In this document: one piece after another, positions 32,316-45,205 of the stretch | Layout: each line of letters starts with the position of its first letter | How positions within the stretch are numbered: the first letter of the stretch is position 1 | NCBI GenBank assembly: GCA_004431415.1 | Contig: QPMI01000034.1 | Coordinates: 30,753-94,752, forward strand | Direction: 5' to 3' | DNA: 64,000 bases | Origin: Cyanophora paradoxa CCMP329 | Taxonomy: Eukaryota > Plantae > Glaucophyta | Notes under the pieces: model-generated | The model's database searches: none | What the model was told of the DNA's origin: nothing | What the model saw: only the letters and a program-made list of their open reading frames with translations | Position numbers and translations under genes: made by a program

Positions 32316-35300
32316 ATGCAGCACGAACAGCAAGCCGGAGGTGGCTGGGTGCCTCCGGCCTTGCCGGCGCCCTTCATGTATGCGGCGGGAATGCCGGTGC
32401 GGTCCCGCCGCGGAGCCCGAGCGTGCGCCCATCGCGCGTTTCTTACGTTGACTATGCACGCCCGCAGTGGGGCCAAGGTCCCTCGACTTCCGGAGCCGCG
32501 CCCGCCCACATACATCCCGCGTCCGCGCCCATGTCCATGGGCGCCGGCGCGGCTGTACATGTGCATGTAAATGGCCATCCTGGAGATAGTAGCATTGGCC
32601 AGCGCCAGCAGCTGTCGCCCCCGGCACCGCAGTTCGAATTCACTGCAGCAGTCCCCAACAGCGCTCATTGGCGCGGGCCCCCGCCCTCGCACATGTACAA
32701 TCAGCCAGCCACCACAACATGCGCGTCTACGGCTCCAGCTATAGCTATAGCTATGAGTGCTCATCCAAGCCTCGTGTCGCCCGAACAGCTCGGCTTTGCG
32801 CCCCCTTTGTACCCGCCGGACCAACTGTACCTGCCGCCCCCTCCTCCTCAGGCTCAGCAAGTGCACTTGCATCCACATGCTTTACGTCCGCGGCCAGCGA
32901 TGCCTTCAGCTGGCCACATTCAGCTCCCGGGACCGACGCAGCATCAGTCTGCCTTCGCCCCTCAGACGTCTGCCGCCCCATCCCTTCACGTCTCTGCCCC
33001 CGTGAGCTCGATATTGGTGTGCAGGCTTTGTCACGCGCATCATTCGTTGTTCATCATCATGATCATTAACTGAGCGTCCTCGCAGCAGCGACACAGCAGC
33101 CACATGGGCGAGAACGAGTACACTCTCTTGTGCCTGATCTTTCTTAAGCTTGCAGTATCCGACCCGTGCTGCCGCTCAATCGCGCTGCGCAGCGGTCGAG
33201 AACGGCAAAACGCGGCGCTCTTCAGTCTCCCTGGTCCAATTCAGCAGTTCTACGACCCGCTTTACGGCTATCCGCCCTCTACATCGCCGGCTCCAACGCC
33301 CCCGTACTCGCCGCCGCTCTACTCTCAGCACGCGCCCTCGCGCCCCGCGTTCGAGGCCGTCCCCGTGGCCATTTCCACGCCGGTGCGCGCGCGCCTCTTC
33401 TCGAATGCGTTGGCCGCGTTGACCGTGACCGTGACGCAGCCCGCGGCCGCCGTCCCGCCTCTAAATCTGCCGCGGCCGGCATTCCCGGCGTCTACAGGCC
33501 CCGTAGCCCTGCCCTTCGCACCTCCACCCGAAGGGAATGCCCGCCCCACGTCATCCCTCGAACAGCCCCCTTCACGCGCTACCCCGAGCGTGCATTTGCA
33601 TGCTCTGCCGTCAAATCCCCAAACTGGTCACCCGCATCTTCTCACCGGTCTGTGGCTGCTTTACGCGGATCTCGTCTTGCGAGTTCTAATCACCGATATC
33701 CATCGATATCGTTCTCTATCTGGGACCCAGACCGTGGTTCCTCTGTCCCCCCAAGCTCCAAGCGGAAGCCCTTCCCCAGTCACCGTCGCTCGCGATCCGC
33801 GTCCAGAGGTGCGTTTCCGCCTTGCGAACGTTGAGGCCAGGTGTAACCGTCATCCAACTCGGCCTGCAGAACCATCCCCAGCCGCCAATCGCGATCCGGA
33901 TCGCGATCGGCTCGCGCTTCCCCATGCGGAGCCTACAGTCGTGCTGACGACCGGTGATTCTGCATTCGAGAAACCTGCAACAGCCGCTTATGATCATCTC
34001 TGCCCCCGCCCGGCGCTCGTCGAAGGTGCTTTGTTTTCAGTCTTGCATCTTCCCAAGAGAATCAGATTTAGCGCAGATTCTTCGAGCTCCCACGTACCTG
34101 TGGCTTCCAGCTCCTCGCAGCAAGTCGATGCCCATGCAGCTGTCTTTGCACGTGAAGGTTCGACTCCAGAACATATCGATGTTCCTGTGTGCTTTTCAGA
34201 TCGCCGTCTTATCCGTCATGCAGGCACCGCCGTTTCCTCGCCTCCCACAACTAGCCGTAGTGTGGATCCGGAGCCCAGCTCGCAATCGATATCGCAGGCG
34301 CATTATGGCAACGATCATGAAGGAGGGACACCTGCTGCAGCCGTCGCCGACTCGACGCACATGCTTGCATTGTCGTCAACAAGAGAGCAATTGCAACCTG
34401 CGATGCCGTTGAATTTGCACAGTTCGCTTCACGATTATGATCAGGCAGATCGGCGAGCATCACATGCGGCTTCATTCGAGCCAGATCTGCCAACCGTTCG
34501 CCGTCTGGTAAGTATTTTCTGGTTTAGTTCTCTCGACTCCGGATCCACAGTCTCTTACTCTCGGCTTGCGTTTCAGGAGGATGTCGACGTCGACAGCCGC
34601 GACGAAGCCCGCGGCGGCACAAGCGCGCCCCATCAAGCTTTGGGCGAGCATGAGCAGTCAGCTGCAGCAAACATCTCTCAGCAGGATCTGACAATCCCTC
34701 GCACGGCCTCTCAAGAACGGACACGGTGTGATGTCGCTGGAGACCTGCCGGCTGCCGAATCTCACGGAGAGCATCTCGGCGTGGGCGTTGGGCACCTGCA
34801 TCGAGCGAACAAAGACATGGCGGACGGCTCGGCGCAGGCTGCCCCCAAGAGTGCCTTCAACTCGGCGTCGGACATGACACTGGCCGCGGGCAGTTCGCCC
34901 GTCCAAATTGCAGAGCGTCGGTCACAGGTACGAGAACACTTTTCAGCTGTGCGCCCTACCTCCATCCATTTTGATCGTTCTTCGTTCGTAGGAGGTCGTC
35001 GCCGATTGCAACGACGGCGACGGGCCCGGCTCGTATTTCGTCCCCTCGCCTCCGGACTCAGCTGGAAATCCCGGCGCTCGCTCGAGCTCGTTGCCTGCGC
35101 ATGCTGTCGGAGCGGACAGCACCGGTGCAGCCCGCGCAGCAAGAGATGTGTCAGCGTCAGCTGCAACGAACGAGAAGCTCGCGATCGAGTGCTCGCCGGC
35201 AGATGGTGCAGCCGGCATCTATCCGGACCAGCCGGCATCTGGACCGTCCACTGAAGCTACGCCAGCAACGGGGCTGACAGATGCAGCTGCAGCGGACGAG

Positions 35301-38300
35301 AAGTTTGTGATTCCGCCAGCAGCTAGCGCTGCTGATGGCCCGCAATCCTCAGTGAAGCAGTCGGTGTCCGCAGCCTTCACCGAGCCACCGAAGCCGCCGG
35401 AGGAGCCGGCGCCCCACGCAGTGGACATGGAGACGGCCGGCGAGTTGCATACCAGCGCTGAGGCTGATGCGGAGACGGCGGGCGAAGTTCGTCCCAGCGC
35501 TGAAGGTGCCGACCGCGAGGACCATGCGCATGCTCAGCTGCAGGTGGCTCTCGATGCCAAAGCCTCCAATCCATGTGCTGCTGCGACCACGACTGAAGAG
35601 TCCAGGGGCGATGCTGGCATGGTTACATCAGAAGCCTCCGAGAGCAACGACAGCGCCGTGGAGCCAGCAGCTTTCGGCGTTGATCATGGTGCCTCAGCTT
35701 CGTCGGGGCAGAGCTCTCCGTGCCGAGACGCGAGTGCAGCCGCTGCCGGCACTTCGTCGCCCGTCGTGGAACGGGGGCCCGTCCCATCCACTGGTTCGTC
35801 CCTGAACGATCTGGCAGTCCCTCCTCCCCTTCCAGCCCCTTCCTTCGCGGAAGTTCAAGCACCGCCTTCACATCGGGATTCGGCTGCGTCGTCTCCGCCT
35901 CCCGTCGACCCCCCGGGGCCTTCTCGCCCGCAGCCGGCGTCTCTCGCGGAGCATGACGGGCAAGCGGAGGGCATCCACGTCGATGCAGGCGGCGCCGCTG
36001 CAGAACGCACTGCGATGGAAGTGTTGGTGCCAGCGGACGCTGCGTCAGCAGAGGATCGTGCCTCTTCTGGGGACGGCATTGACGTCGAGCAGCCGGCACC
36101 TTCGCCAGCCGCGGGGTCTGATCTGCCGACGCCGGCGGAGCCGCCAGAGCTGTCCAGCGAGCCAGGGTCAGACAGCGGCAATACTTCAGTGGCGCGCGAG
36201 CGCCGTGCATCTGCCGGCTCGGAAGGCGATCGCGACCGCGACGAAGACCAGGCCGCGCCTGACGCTGCCGCGGACGATGCGGGCGAGGACGGCGCGGATG
36301 CGGAGCAGGGCGCCGTTGGCGTCGAAGCCGGCCCCTCCGCATCCACGGCCGCCGCCGCGAGTCCGTCAGTCTCTGGCACCGGTGTCAAGCTCGACTCCCG
36401 GCATGGCACATGGTTCATAGCGTGCGTTCGTCACGAATGATGTTTCCTGTGCAAGTTGTTTTCTTCTAATCTCCTTCCTTTCCCAGAACAACCGTCAACG
36501 GTGCTAGAATTCAAACGCCGAGGGGCCCTGATAGCTGGAAGTCGCAGGAAGCTGCAGCGCGCGCCCGTGATCGCTGGCTGTGCGTATAACGTGTTTCGCT
36601 CGTTCGTCAGCACACATCTAATCAGACGCAGAATTTTTCTGCTCGGTCCCAACGAGGCGAGGGCGCGTCTGAGCTTTCCAGTCGAGGAATACAACTCCGA
36701 GCCGTGGTTCACTTCGCTGGTTCAAGGCGAAACACCCTACGGCTATCGCCGGCTCGAAAGTGCCGGCGGCTATGGGAAGGTGGACAGCGAGGAGAAGGCG
36801 TGTGCTTTTCCTTTGAAGGTTCACGTCGCTGCATAAAATTTCATCTGATTTGTTGTGTGCATGTGCAGATGTACGCAGCGATGTACCACGGCTACATTGC
36901 AGATTCGTTCCTGTCCGAGCACAACGTCAGGAAGGACTCGCAGGGCCAGCAGATGTGCCTCTTCTGGCCTTCTGGGAACGTGAAATTGCTCGAAAGGCTA
37001 AAAACGGACTACAACCGCCATCTGTTGAAGCCCCTGCGCCCACCGCCAACCAGCACCCAGCAATCTGAAACGGACGCGGGCACCGAGGATGAGTTGATTT
37101 CACGGAGGCGAGCAGCCCCCGAGGAGCGCGGGAGGCGGCGCGCGCGGGCGAGCTCGAGGCCGCCGACTGACGGCAGCCCCGAGCAGCCGCCGAGTGCTGG
37201 GCCCAGCAAGCGCGCACGCGGCGCAGGCGGCGGCCAGCCGCGCGAGTCCCCGCCCAGCAGCGCCGCCGCCGGCGGCAGCGGCGCCCCGGGGCGGGCGGGG
37301 CTGCCGCTCGACGAGGGCGGGGCGAGCAGCAGCGGCTCTGCTCCGGTTGCCCATCCATCCGAGCCGGAGCAGACTGAATCGATGGCTGCTGGAGACATCG
37401 AGCGGGCTCCGAAACCGCCGCCAACAGCCGGCGCACTTCAATCTGTCGCGAGTGCCTCTGGCGAGCTGCAGCCGCCTCGGGACGAGGAGCACGCCTCCGG
37501 GCTTGGCGCCGACGAGGCCGGTGCGGCCGAGCCGGTCGGCAGCGGCGGCAAGGTGGCTGTGGTGGCGGCAGGGCAGAGTCGGCAGGGCCCGTCATGGGGA
37601 GTGAGCTCGTGCCCCACCGGGTGGAAGATCAGGTTCGCGCGTGGCTGCCTAGGGCGCCTCGCGCAGCCGCCTGCGTCTCCACGCCCGGGCGTGACGCCGC
37701 CGGCAGCATTTCGGCGTACAACGCGAGCGTGGTGTCGCCGGAGGCCTTCGGCTGGCCCTCGGAGGAGGCCGCCGCCCGCGCCCGCGACCGCTGGCAGTGC
37801 GTGGCCGCCGTGGCTGCTATCGAAGGGGCGAAAGCCTGATGGGTTTCGATCGGCGCAGAATTTTCCTTCTGGGGCCTGAGCTGCTGGTGGAGAACCCGAA
37901 GCTGAATTTGAACTTCCCGGTTGCGGAGTACCAGTCGGAGAGATGGTACCAAGAGATGGAAAGGCGCAAGGGGGAGCGGCCGCCTTTCGGGTTCCACCTC
38001 TTGGGCGGCAGGTCCTTCAAGCGCTTCACGGCCGCGCACCCCGACCACACCGAGAAGGTCCGCCGCCGAAGGCGCCCTGCGATATCGATCCGGCGCGCTG
38101 AGATATCGATCCGGCGCTGCGCAGGCGCGGGGGGCCATGTTCCACGGCTACATCAACTTCCTGCGGCGGCACAACGTCGAGCGAGACGCGCAGGGGCGCC
38201 TCGCGCGCGCGTTCCTCTTCTGGCCGCTGCCCCTGGACAAGAAGGGCAAGCCCCCCGCGGAAGAGGAGTTGTGGGGCGAGCGCACGGACAAGCCAAGGGA

Positions 38301-40409
38301 CGGCGAGGACGTGGACGAGGTCGACTGGGGCGGGGAGAAGCTGGCCGTAAAGTGGACCGACAGCGAGGTGAACTTGTCGAGCCTCAAGGGCGATGCGAGG
38401 CGCCTGGAGACCCTGCCGCTCTGGTCCCCCGCCGCGCCTGCCGAGGAGGGCGGGAAGCGGTGCACGCGCGCGAGGTCGAGGCCGTCGGGCGAGGCCCGCG
38501 GCAGCCCCGAGCGGCCGCCGAGTGCTGGGCCCGGCAAGCGTGCACGCGGCGCAGGAGGCGGCCAGCCGCGCGAGTCCCCGCCCAGCAGCGCCGCGGCCAG
38601 CGGTGGCGGCGCCGCGGCCGGCGGCAGAGGCGCTGCGGCAGGCGGTAGCAGCGCCTCGGCGCGGGCGGGGTCGTCGCTCGGGACTCTACTCCGGCGTCCC
38701 CTCCGTCCGAGCCGGAGCTCGCTCCAGCCGTGACCCCCCGCCGCGCGGTATCCGGCCGCTCGGCGGACGACCAGGGGGCGCCGGCGCCCGGCCCGAGCGG
38801 GGCGGGCGGGGCTTCGGCGCCGGGGGCGGCGCTGAGTGTGGCGGAGGCGGTGGCGTCCCTCGTGCGGACCGGGGGAAGGGACGTCAAGTCAGTGCGCCCC
38901 CACGGCGGCGGCGCCTTCTTCTCCGTCCGGGTCCGCCCCCCCGCCCCGCCCCGCCCCGGCCCGGCCCCCGGGGGCGCTGAGGGGGCGGGGCGGGGCGGGG
39001 GCCAGAAAACGCTGCGGGGCCGGGAGAAGGAGACGACGTGCGCGCGGGGGCGGGCCTTCCGGAGCGCGGCGGAGGCGAAGGTCTTCAGCGACTGCGCCCA
39101 CATCGTCCTCTTCGGGCCCGAGGCCGTCGCCGCCGGCAGCCGCGGCGGCCTCGCCTTCCCCGAGGGCCTCGACGCCGCCCGCGCCGACTCGTACCTGCGG
39201 ATGCCGTTCTTCACGGAGCTGCCGCGGGCGGCGGAGGAGGGGCGCGTCGTCTGCTACCTCTCGGGCCCCGCCATGGAGCGCCCCGGGGCCGAGAAGGAGA
39301 TCCTCGAAGTGCGCCCCGCCCCCCGCCCTCCCCGCCCCTCCCGTTCCCGCCGGCCGACGGGGGCGGGGGCCAGGGCGTCTTCGAGTACGTCTGGGGGGCC
39401 TTGGACGGCCTCTTCCCGCACCCGCTCCCCGACCGCCCCGGCGCCCCCGCCACCCCCGCACCCTCCCGCAAGCGCAAGGCCGCCGCCGGCGAGGGCGGCG
39501 GCGGCGGCGCGCGGGCCAAGGCGCCGAGGCGGGCGGGCGCCTCCGCCGGCCCCTCTCGGAGGGACGGGACCTCGAGCTCTGCGGAGGCGCCGCCTCCGCC
39601 CGTCAGCGCCCCCGCTCCGCCTCTGCCCGACGCCGCTTCTGCGTCGCCCGACGGCGCCCCGCCGGACGAAGCGCGGAGCGCGGCGGGTGCCGCGGCGACG
39701 CCCGGCGGGGCCGGCTCGCCGCGCGGCGGCGCCTCGTCGCCGCGCAGCGCCGCCCCTCGCCGCTCCCGAAGCTGATCGACCTCGACGAGTGGGACGACGA
39801 GGAGGAGGAGGCGGAGGAGGCGGAGCAGGGGGCGGGGGGGCCGCTGCGGACAGACGGGTGCCCAGGGCGGGCGGCGGGCGGCGGGGGCGGCGGGGAGGCG
39901 GGGCCCGACGAGCCCGGGAGCGACGGGGAGCCCGAGGTGGTGGTCGACGTGGACGAGGGCGACGGGGCCGATCGCGAGGACCCGAGAGCGACGGGGACGA
40001 GGACCCCTCGCCGCCGCCGGGAGCTCGAGCCGCGCCTCCTGCGGGACGCGGCGGCCCGAGGAGGCGGGGCGGGCAAGGCGGCGGTTGTTGGAGGCGGGCG
40101 GGGGCGGGGTCGGGGCGGGGCCCTCGGGCGGCGGGCCCTCGGTGCTCGTCTGGCTGCGGGAGCGCTCCCTGGAGCTGCCGGTGCCCGAGGCGGAGCCCGG
40201 GGGGGCCCGGGGCGGCGCTGCGGGCGGCGTCGGCGCTCTTCGGGGAGGAGGTGGCCGCCCTCGCCCGCCTCCAGCCGCCCGGCGCCGGCCCGCCCCGCAT
40301 CCTCCGCGCCGCCGCCGAGCTCGTCCCGGGGTACGACTACTCCGCCCTCACCCGCGACGACGTCATCCACCTCGCCGAGCGCGGCCTCGCCCTCCCCCAC
40401 GGCCCGTGA
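32316..40409 (+). CDS. Very large low-complexity protein with three divergent AP2/ERF-like domains
   Basis: P/Q/S/A-rich spliced N-terminus, then three related modules: GVKLDSRHGTWF...RRIFLLGPNEARARLSFP, GVSSCPTGWKI...SEEAAARARD...RRIFLLGPE...LNFP and FRSAAEAKVFSDCAHIVLFGPEA...LAFP. It could be more than one gene. Confidence 0.6.
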
Positions 40410-40986
40410 CCGCGACCGTGACCCGCCGCGCCCGCGCGCCGACCCGCTCCAGCGATCTGCTCGTAGTGTAGCGATGTTCTAGATCTTTTCTTCTGCCTGC
40501 CTGCATCATGATCAGATATGCGAAAGCTGAACCATAACGTATTGCTAAATTGCTTCGAATAAGAGACCCAATCTCTGCGAAGAATTCGAAGGCTGCGGGG
40601 TCCTACCGTAGTACGCTCTTGGGCCTGCGCCATGGCTAGGCGAGTGCGATCGCGAGGCACGGAGAGGAGCCGGAGGCTCGACTCTCGGCGAGACCTAGGC
40701 ATGGGGGGGCTAAATCAGCAGCTGTCAGACTCGAGGTGTTGGAAGAGATCGGGTTCTTGATCAGGGACAAAGCCGGGCTCGATTGCCCTTCGACGCTTTG
40801 CAACTGAAGCTGCGCCGCTGATCCGATGATCATGATCAAGACTTCGCGAGCTCGAGGCTCTGTTAGCTTCGCGATCGTTCGACGTTCAACTTGGCAAGCA
40901 TGCGCATGCCCTTCAATTGCAAGGCGATTCTGCCGGCGAAGCGCCTAGTGACTCCAGCCTTCCAGCCGGGTACAAGCAAGGGGCGA

Positions 40987-41666
40987 CAGTGCTGTCATCA
41001 TGATGGACACGGCCGTCGAGGCATCATGATGGGGTGATAATGATCGATCATGATCAATCATGATGTCATGCAGCGATCATCATCGTTTAACACGGCATTT
41101 CCCACTCCTATTTCGCTGCACGAGCTCTCTGCTGCGTTTCTAATGCAAAGCAACGTGTTTATGACTCATTCCTGACCAAGCTGGATAGAAATCGGGCTCA
41201 GAGATGGCCTGAAAGAGGCCCCCACACCCCTCTTCCCAAGATTTTTGAGGCAGAGGAGCGGTTGATTAACCTCCTGCAATGTCAAGATAGTGTGTTATGT
41301 GTTTTAGAAGCTGTGTTAAGCGTCTCCGCATCCATTCTCGAAGTGGAAATCGGTGCGATCTTGCATCGCCAGCGGCTAAGGGTGGTGTCCCCTGTACCCC
41401 CCACGGCACCACAGCAGCCTTCCAACATCGTCAGAATCGTTCCAAACCTCCTCTGACTAGCATATACGGTGTCTTTAAGCTATTTAGACAGCATATAAGG
41501 TCGTTCAAACAGCGCGGGCGTCCAGAAACACGCGATTTGTGCACTGTACAGGTACCCCTCCCCTCATCATGATGGCCCCGATCATAATCCGACGTCATCA
41601 TGATGCGTATTTTACGTGCCATCATGATGTCGTCATCATGATGTGCGCATAATTATGACAGCACTG
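40987..41666. mobile_element. Non-autonomous TIR DNA transposon (MITE), 680 bp
   Basis: Perfect 12-bp TIRs CAGTGCTGTCAT (40987-40998) and ATGACAGCACTG (41655-41666); flanking direct repeat GGCGA on both sides; subterminal (C)ATCATGAT(G) arrays at both ends. Confidence 0.85.
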
Positions 41667-42814
41667 GGCGAAGGGGAAGCAAGCTGGAACCAATGACAAT
41701 CGCGCTTGTCCGTGAATGGGTGAATTGACTTTTTGTGCCAATGGCGATCGGGCTTAACGCGAACAATTTCGTACGTACGTGCTGTTACGTGCTGTATGGG
41801 GAAAAAAGTATCCGAGTTTAAAAAAAATCGTTAGGTAAATTCTTATGTAAATTCCGAGCGGGGGTAGACCAGCCGAGGCGGCTGTTATACCGGTTCCCGT
41901 TGGCAAAAAAACTCCGCCGGACTAACCGCAGAAAAAACCGCCGGCCTGGTTCTACCCCGCCCATCTGACCGTCTCGTATAGCTCAGCGTGCTAAGCGTTC
42001 CGGCTGCGGGAATGAGCTCAGCTGCGGTGTGTGCGCTAGCGAGAACGCCTCCGTCAAGCTCGGCGGCCGCTAGGTGCGTTTTGGTGGAAGATGCCTCCCG
42101 GTCCACTCGTTTGACAGCGCGCAGGCCGCAGGCAGATGCCAGGAGATGTGAGAGATGATGAAGCTTTCAGTTGGAGGACAGGTGCCCTCGTTTGGCCGAC
42201 CTTGCTGCTAACGGTCACATTGGACCAAGCAGATTCCCACAGAGCTAAGCGATCTAGCCTCTCTTTTCTGCTCTGTTGGCTTATGTACGACCTCTTTGCA
42301 GGTCCCAGGCGCCCTCCGACACTGCTCAGGTGCATTTCGTCGTGTTGTTGCTCCCCACCCGTTTGACACGATGCAGATCCAGACTGCAGGAGCATGGCAT
42401 TACCATAAAGCACCTTGCAGAACCATCGGTACAGGTGCGATTGTACTCGTTCTGCCGACTTTCATCTGCGAGCCGCTTCCGCGATGCTGCGCTTCCACAC
42501 GCTAGATACGGCGGCTAGGCGGCGCCTACGAAGTAGCATGTCGTTAGCACAATGCCGATGGAACATCTAGGTCCCTCTCCCTTCGCGTCCTGCTCACGTT
42601 TGTCCGATCGCAGCACATCTTGTCACGGCAACACTGGGGATGCTGCGCGGAAGCTCATTGAATCATACATAGATCCACTACTGGTTAGCGTTACTTCCTC
42701 TTTCGCTCTTCTTTTGCTCTGCCGCCGCCGCTCATTTCGGACCTTCAGGTTCTTTTCCGCCCGATCATCACTCGGCGTGTTGCTCCACGACGCTGTTCGG
42801 CCGGCTGCGGCGCA

Positions 42815-43170
42815 AGCGCGGTCCGGCGAGCCGCGCCGCTGCCCGCCGCGCCCCCGCCTCGCCGCCCGCCGGCTCCGGTTCGGCCGGCTGCGGCGCCAGC
42901 GCCGGAACGGTCCGGCGAGCCGCGCCGCCGCCCGCCGCGCCCCGCCTCGCCGCCCGCGGGCTCCGGCTCCAGCGCCAACGCGGTCCGGCGAGCCGCGTCG
43001 CCGCTCGGCGCCACGCGCTGCGCCCGCCATGCTGCCATCTTCGGCTCCGGCGGTCCCGCCGCGTACGGTAGCTGATAGGTGTTGTCCGGCGGTCCCGCCG
43101 CGCGCCGTAGCTGATAGGTGTTGTCCGGCGGTCCCGCCGCGCGCCTTAGCTGTTAGGTGTTGTCCCAGGC
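42815..43170. repeat. GC-rich repeat module, copy 1
   Basis: CCGGCGAGCCGCGCCGC units, then CCGCCATGCTGCCATCTT...GGTGTTGTCC, then about three tandem 33-nt CCGGCGGTCCCGCCGCG...AGCTGATAGGTGTTGT units. Confidence 0.7.
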
Positions 43171-44284
43171 TCGTCCATCCTTGCCCGAGCTCGAGCTGAT
43201 GTATGACTTCTCACGTAAAAGGTTATCTTTTCATTGATTGGCCGGGCTCGCGCATGCGCGGTTGTGGGCGGCGCCGGAACTTGAAAATGCACTAGTAGCT
43301 ATAGTACTGCACTCCCAAGCGGCCGGCAGCGACTTAGCGGGGCGACTCGGCGATGCGGGGCCGGAACATTGCGCGCGGCAACTGTCACACTTGCCAAGAT
43401 GTCACATGCACACTCCGGGTGCGCACTGCGCTCGCCGAGTCGGTCAGCGTCTTAAGCTTGCAATTGGCGCGCGCCGGCCCGGCGGCCGCGGCGCTCCGAG
43501 GCTCAGCGGCTTACTGCCGGCGCGCGACTTTAGCTGCTGGGCTTCCCCGAGGCTTTCGCCGCTTGCAGTCGCATGTTCATCTTCTTTAGAACGTACACGA
43601 GCCCGCAGGGCGCGCCCCGCTTCGAGCTGCACCCGCGGCACGCAGCGGAGCACGGGCAGGTGCCCTCGGGTTATCACGGCGTACCGCCGCGGCGGTCGCG
43701 CCGCGGGCCCTGTTAAGGCTTCCAGCCGGGGGTTAACCCGCACTAGCATCGGTGTTTTACTCAAGCGCACTAGGCCGGGCTCGCGCGCGCGAGGGGGAGC
43801 CCTGCGGCTCGAGCATGCGCGGCAGCACAAAGACGCAGTACTCCCCGCGACTTTCCGCTTTGGGATCAAGATGTACATAGTCTAAATATCTCATGAAAAC
43901 TCAACTATCATGTCTCGACGAACGTTCCGGACGATGAGCAGGGTTTCTCGATGATGTAGTAGATATGAAGATGAACTTAGAGAAGTCATGTCTAGTACTC
44001 TGGTCTAAAGACTCATGACACCGAGGATCGTCCGGAACGTTCGCGCTCGCGGCGAAAATCGGTGCACACACTCTTAAGACATTATTCTTTTAGATTGGTT
44101 CAATATTTTGTCGGCGTGACCGTCGAATGAGGGAAAGCGGCTAAGGCACGGCACCCAGGCACGGTACAGGCTCTGCTGGGGCCGGGGAAACGGCAAACGA
44201 AAGCCATTTGAGTGCTATACACGTTCTCCAAGGCAGCGGGTGCAAGAACAGGGCACAGGGCAGGTGGGGTAGGGCAGGGATGGG

Positions 44285-45205
44285 CTCCCGCCGCCCCTTC
44301 CCCCCCCGCCGCCCCCCGCCCACCGCCCCGGCCCCCGCCACGCCCGGCCGAGCAGCGCCGCCACCCACCGCGCCCCCGCCATGCCCGGCGAGCCGCGCCG
44401 CCGCCCGCCGCGCCCCGCCCCGCCCGGCGAGCCGCGTCGCCGCCCGCCGCGCCCACGTCCCGTGTGGCGAGCCGCGCCGCCGCCCGCCGCGCCCCCGCCA
44501 CGCCGGCGAGCCGCGCCCCGCCCGCCGCGCCCCCGCCACGCCGGCGAGCCGCGCCCCCGCCCGCCGCGCCGCGCGCGCCGCGCCCCGCCACGCCCGGCGA
44601 GCCGCGCCACCGCCGCCACGCCCCGCCACGCCCGGCGGGCCGCGCCGCCGCCGCCACGCCCCCGCCACGCCCGGCGGCCGCGCCGCCGCCCGCCGCGCCC
44701 CGCCCGCCCGGCGGCCGCGCCGCCGCCCGCCGCGCCCCGCCACGCCCAGCGAGCCGCGCCGGCCGCGCGCCGCGCCCCGCCACGCCCGGCGAGCCGCGCC
44801 CCGCCGCCGTGCTCCTGCTCCGTGCGGCGAGTCGCGCCGCCGCCCGCCCGCCCCGCCACGCCGGCGAGCCGCGCCGCCGCCCGCCGCGCCTCCGCCACGC
44901 CGGCGGCCGCGCCGCCGCCCGCCACGCCCCCGCCACGCCGGCGGCCGCGCCGCCGCCCGCCACGCCCCGCCACGCCGGCGAGCCGCGCCGCCGCCCGCCC
45001 CGCCCCGCCACGCCCGGCGGGCCGCGCCGCCGCCCGCCACGCCCCGCCACGCCCGGCGAGCCGCGCCGCCGCCCGCCGTGCTCCTGCTCCGTGCGGCGAG
45101 TCGCGCCGCTGCCCGCCGCGCTCCTGCTCCGCGCTGCGCCCGCCATGCTGCCATCTTAGGGTCCGGCGGTCCCGCCGCGTGCGGTGGCTGATGGGTGTTG
45201 TCCGA
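44285..45205. repeat. GC-rich minisatellite plus second copy of the 43.0-kb module
   Basis: Many degenerate CCACGCC(C)GGCG(A/G)GCCGCGCCGCCGCCCGCC units, ending in CCGCCATGCTGCCATCTTAGGGTCCGGCGGTCCCGCCGCG...GGTGTTGTCC. Confidence 0.8.
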
